From the NCBI RefSeq assembly GCF_009914755.1, contig NC_060926.1: a stretch of 64,000 nucleotides of DNA; one strand, 5' to 3'. Source of the DNA: the human T2T-CHM13v2.0 reference genome, Homo sapiens. The notes beneath the pieces are model-generated. The model had not been told where the DNA came from and made no database searches. It saw nothing but the letters and a program-made list of their open reading frames with translations. Below are positions 60,217 to 64,000 of the stretch, in pieces. Made by a program: the position numbers and the translations under genes. Each line of letters begins with the position of its first letter. Position 1 is the stretch's first letter.

Positions 60217-60366
60217 GCCACCATGAAGACTTTGCTTAGAACTTGGTCAGAATTATATAGAGCATTTGCTCGTTGTGCTGCTTTGGTGGCAACAGCAGAA
60301 GAGAACTTGTGCTGTGAGGAACTTTCTTCCAAGATAATGTCCAGTTTGGAAGATGAAGGCTTTTCT
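60217..60366 (+). CDS. RIF1: RIF1 exon 20 (ATMKTLLR...DEGFS)
   Basis: ggtag|GCC ... TCT|gtgagt; 150 nt. Confidence 0.95.
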
Positions 60367-60619
60367 GTGAGTTTGTCCTGATGCTACCTTTTTTTGTTTG
60401 TTTTTAAAGGATTCTTTTCAAGTAAATGGAGATAATATTTGTGAACTATCACCTATTACTGCCTCTATTTATATGTGATAAAGTTGATACTGCAAACAAG
60501 TATGCTTTGTGTAACAGTTTTGTGTCTTTGGGCTCTAAGATTCAGTTTTGGGATCATTAATAGTGAAGATCTTTTACTATACTGTGTTATCTCCTTGTGC
60601 TTGTGTCATTCTAGATTAA

Positions 60620-61034
<415 letters not shown>

Positions 61035-61293
61035 TCTTTCTTTCCCTCCTCATGGAAAGGACAGCTGTTGGGAACAGATTGATATGCGTCATTCCAGAAT
61101 AGACCTCTTTCTGTTTACGCATGTCATTTGTATATTGATCCTTGCATATGCATTTGAATATATGGTATTCTTGCCAATGAAATCCTTATTGCATTTATTC
61201 CAAAGTAATTATGTAACTTTTCGTAAAACACTGTCTTGGCTCAGTTTCAAGTCAATCCATATAGCTCTATTATTTGTTTCAACTGCTGTCTAG

Positions 61294-61568
<275 letters not shown>

Positions 61569-64000
61569 TGAGGTGATCCACCTTGGCCTCCCAAAGTGCT
61601 AGGATTACAGGCGTGAGCCATTGCACCTGGCCTGGAATTCTGTTATTTTAAGGACATTTTGTTTTTTTCTATTATTTATTACTGTGTATGATCCTGGTAA
61701 TGGCCTTCACACAGAAACCGTTGTTTTTCCATGCAGATTATTGAAATGATATTTGTTGTGCCTGTTTTCTCTATAGCTTATATCTAACACATATTTTAAT
61801 GAGGAATAAAAGAAAGTAAAAATAACAGTTCTTTTTTTTTTTCTTGCCCCTGAGACAGAGTCTCACAGTGATTGTTGGACGACAACCCAGGCTGGAGTGC
61901 ATTGGTGCAATATGGGCTCACTATGACCTCTGCCTCCCAGGTTCAAGTGATTCTCCTCCCTAGTAGCTGGGACTACAGGTGTGCACCACCATGCCTGGCT
62001 AATTTTTGTATTTTTAGTAGAGAGGGGGTTTCACCATGTTGGCCAGGCTGGTCTTGAACTCCTGACCTCAGGTGATTAGCCCACCTCAGCCTTCCAAAGT
62101 GTTGGGATTACAGGTGTGAGCCGCCGCGCCCAGCCAAAAATGACAGTTCTTATTGTAAAAGATTACAAACAACAAAGCAAATTCCCCCTCACACGTCTTC
62201 TCCTCAGTAATAATCACTACCCATAGTTAGATGTTCATTGTTTTAGTGTTTTAAATGGATTTATATACATATCCTCTACTTGTTATTAGCACAATTCTAA
62301 TTGTATTTGTCGGAGTGACTTTAAAAATGTAAATCAGATCTTGTCACTCTTGAAGTATTATAGTGTTTTGTTAGATTTGGAATAAAAATCTGAGCTCCTT
62401 ACACTACCCATGAGGTTTCTGCTTCCTTTTCCAAAGGACTTACCTAATCGCGCTTGTTTATTTTTGTTGTATAGCATCTTATTTCCTTTTTAGTACTGTC
62501 TCGAAATTGTTTATTTCTGTACTTTATTATGTTATTTCACCCACACTCCATGAGGTTAGGGACATTGTCTGTCATGATGGTGATTATCTCTGGGATCTGT
62601 CTACTGAATAAACAATGTGCAGGTTTTTATAACTGATCGGAAGAAGGTTGACCCTCAGTTATCACCTTTAAAAAATGGTCTTAGTTAGGCTTTCTCCCTT
62701 TGTTCTTTTCCAGAAGAAACTTGGAGTCTGTCAAATTTCACAAAATACCCTGTTGAGATTTTGCTTGGCTTTGATAAGGGTGAATTCACAGATTAATTCG
62801 GAAAAGAATTTACGTCTTTCTAATCAAATTGTTCCTTCCAGGGATTTGTGTTTATTTAGGTCTTCTAAAGTTAACCTAACTTGATTATTGTTTTTAAGCT
62901 GTTTTTTAACATTATAAATGGGTCTGTTCTTCCCTCATACTTGCTTGTTGCTGAAGGACATAAAAGTTGTTGCTTACATACTTCCTTGTATTGAATCATG
63001 TGTTTTTGGGATACACTTCTTGGTTACAGTGCTATTCTTTTAAATTATCATAGGATTAATGTTTTTTTCTGCATGTATATCTTCATTAGTGATATTGGAG
63101 TTCTCATTGTTCAATTTTTGTATTATGGCAATAGTGACCTCTTAGAATGATTCAGAAAACTGTTCTTCACCAATTTATATAGTGTAAAAGGAATGCCATA
63201 TCTACAGTTGTATTCTTTTTTTCTTTCTCTCTTTTTCTTTCTTTTCTTTCTTTCTTGATGAGGTCTTGCTGTGTTGCCCAAGCTGGAGTATAGTGGCTAT
63301 TCACAGGCACCACGCACACTACAGCCTCCACCTCCTGGGTTCAAGCAGTCATCCTGCTTCAACCTCCCGAGTGGGTTGGACTACGTGATGCCAAGCCCAC
63401 CAACCTTTTTGTTCTGAAGTCTTCTCTTTTCTTGGTTGGACTTGGTAATTAAAGGCTTATCTAAGTCTACCAAGGAAAACAACATGTAGTTTTATTTTAT
63501 TGATCATTACTACACAGCTTTTTACTTTTCTTTGTCTTTACATACATTGAATGGTTTTGTTTTAAAGCTTTTTTCAAACATATGCATGTAAGACTTTGAT
63601 TACTGCCATCAGTGATCATATAGACTACTTTGATGCCTTTTTTTTTTTTTTTTGAGACCGAGTTTCACTCTTGTTGTCCAGGCTGGAGTGCAGTGGTGCG
63701 ATCTCGGCTCACTGCAACCTCTGCCTCCGGGTTCAAGTGATTCTCCTGCCTTAGCCTCCCTAGTAGCTGGGATTAAAGGCGTGTGCCACCACGCCTGGCT
63801 AATTTTGTATTTTTAGTAGAGACGGGGTTTCTCCATGTTGGCCAGGCTGGTCTTGAACTCCTGACCTCAGGTGATTCTGCCTGCCTTGGCCTCCCAAAGT
63901 GCTGGGATTACAGGTGTGAGCCACCACACCCAGCCTTTGATGTCCCCCCCTTTTTTTTTTAATAGCACCAGGGAACTTGGAAGGGTGCTTTGTAATTTGA

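Overview
Primate (human-type) genomic DNA, very rich in Alu elements. Bases 1 to ~23,400 are repeat-dense intergenic sequence: Alus, L1, L2 and MIR fragments, DNA-transposon MITEs, ERVL/ERV1 LTRs and a tRNA-Gln primer-binding site of a decayed ERV. A CpG-island promoter at ~23.5-24.5 kb drives RIF1 (replication timing regulatory factor 1) on the + strand. I traced one non-coding first exon and 19 coding exons (exons 2-20, ATG at 24185, 748 codons, N-terminal HEAT-like region). All splice phases are consistent, and the gene continues past the window end. Nearly all ORFs in the supplied track are Alu or L1 artefacts. I found no clear new multi-gene system. The best leads are regulatory: a seven-tract G-quadruplex motif in the promoter of a G4-binding protein, a stop+AATAAA composite intronic poly(A) site right after exon 18, a weak GC donor at exon 16 flanked by inverted Alus, recursive-splice-type exon junctions, and several template-switch scars in Alus. 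Exon numbers and repeat family names come from recognition without database searches, and repeat boundaries are approximate.
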